A stretch of 63,307 nt of DNA, filler included, from Rhabdomonas costata (taxonomy: Eukaryota): assembly GCA_019059605.1 (NCBI GenBank). It is 44 parts of 44 records of this genome, joined end to end, with 100 filler letters (N's around TTAATTAATTAA, not from the genome) between each part and the next. Parts side by side here need not be neighbours in the genome. Positions count along the whole stretch, not along the records: positions 61,967 to 63,307 come from JAHMHO010018843.1; 43 more parts are not named here. The stretch is one strand, 5' to 3'. Shown one piece after another: positions 62,348 through 63,307 of this stretch. Under the pieces are notes generated by a model that was not told the origin of the DNA, made no database searches, and saw only the letters and a program-made list of their open reading frames with translations. The position numbers and the translations under genes are program-made. Positions within the stretch are counted from its first letter, which is position 1, and each line of letters begins with the position of its first letter.

Positions 62348-63307
62348 GCACTTAAACTTAAGCGACCCTCATCCAAATCCCCCCCACCGAAATTCGGTGC
62401 TGGAGTCTAAAGGAGGAGCGAAGTCAATGGGTCAATCTGAGACAAGAGAAATTGAGGGGCATCTCTTCTCCTTTCTTTCTTCGCCGACGTCGTCGGGTTT
62501 TTTCGCCGTTCTTGTTTCTCTCTTTGTCGAAACCCTTCGATCCCAGAGTTTTTTATGCTGGGGGAGGGGGGTGCGCTTGTGTTGCATCCCCGGAGTAAGT
62601 GACGTACGCTTTTGGATGCGAAAAAGCCTATGTAGGCAGCGACGAAGAGTGAAAGTGAACACACCGGTTCTTACGGGTGGTTGATACGGATGGTTTTCGT
62701 GAACCGCCTTTCTCAGGCGGAGCTCGCCGTGATCATTGACGACTCATTTTTTCTGAACCATACCTTCACCTATCAAATATCAATGCAGGGGAGTGGATGT
62801 ACGCCTTTTCCCAGTCCGCCTCCCCGGCGGTCAACGATATCATCGGGGTGCATGCGCTGTGGGCCCGATGTGTGCAGGCTTTCTACAACGGTGGGTCTTG
62901 CCTTGCCTTGCCTTGCATTCCCTCCCCTCTCCCGACTGCTCTCTCATGCTCTATCCCGCCCGTTAGCCCCGCTTGCTCCCAGAACTGTGTTCAACTGAGC
63001 AATGTCTGCCCCGGTTGAGACTTTAAGTCATCCCAGGGACCGGGAAGCTTCCTGCCTTCATCGCCGGTTTCCCGTTGAGCCTCCTCTGTGCCGTCGTGCT
63101 CCTGCAATGTCCAAACTCACCCCATGCCCGATTGCAGGCCACAGGTTGCTTTCCACCCCGATCCACTCCACTGGGCTCCGTCCCTGCTCCCTCGTCTCCT
63201 TCCACCACCCATCCCATCTCATCCAATTCCACCCAATTATATTTCCTTACCATACCTGACCATTATGTATCACACCATACCCGACCATATCATACCAACC
63301 CACACAA

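Noticed and set aside
62168-62800. Possible euglenid non-conventional intron (phase mismatch between candidate exons)
   Set aside because: Borders cannot be fixed without cDNA, and no clear CAG/CTG stem was found
1-63307. Most contigs start G/T-rich and end C/A-rich, resembling telomeres or programmed fragmentation
   Set aside because: There is no fixed repeat unit. Where a fold-back gives a reference copy, the terminal bases deviate toward this bias, which indicates low-quality read tails or microsatellite breaks

Overview
This window is not one locus. It is 44 unrelated contigs of about 1.34 kb, joined by identical 100-nt spacers (44 N + TTAATTAATTAA + 44 N), so neighbouring contigs share no synteny and most six-frame ORFs are spurious. 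The DNA is intron-rich eukaryotic nuclear sequence, most plausibly euglenid (inferred from a GT48 beta-1,3-glucan/paramylon synthase-like gene, two class III cyclase fragments, a tentative Par1b-like domain and frequent GC-AG introns). Splicing exons by hand recovers fragments of TRM1, WRNIP1/Mgs1, RAD9, eIF2A-like, STE24, CASD1/RWA, GS-HQR, formin FH2, METTL24-like, REJ/PKD, F-box, PARP-like ART and SMC1-like genes and a pseudokinase. It also holds a decayed Ty3/Gypsy pol and a CRE-like RT relic. The top candidate is contig 18735-20076: AT-rich, intronless, with two tightly packed genes, one encoding a probable double-jelly-roll major capsid protein of a Polinton/Polinton-like virus. Other observations are several GC-AG introns, 3' splice sites without a polypyrimidine tract whose intron ends look complementary, and two short insertions flanked by 17-bp and 40-bp duplications. 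Probable artifacts are terminal fold-back chimeras, biased contig ends and a SUMO3-vector-like fragment. All family assignments come from recalled motifs, not database searches.
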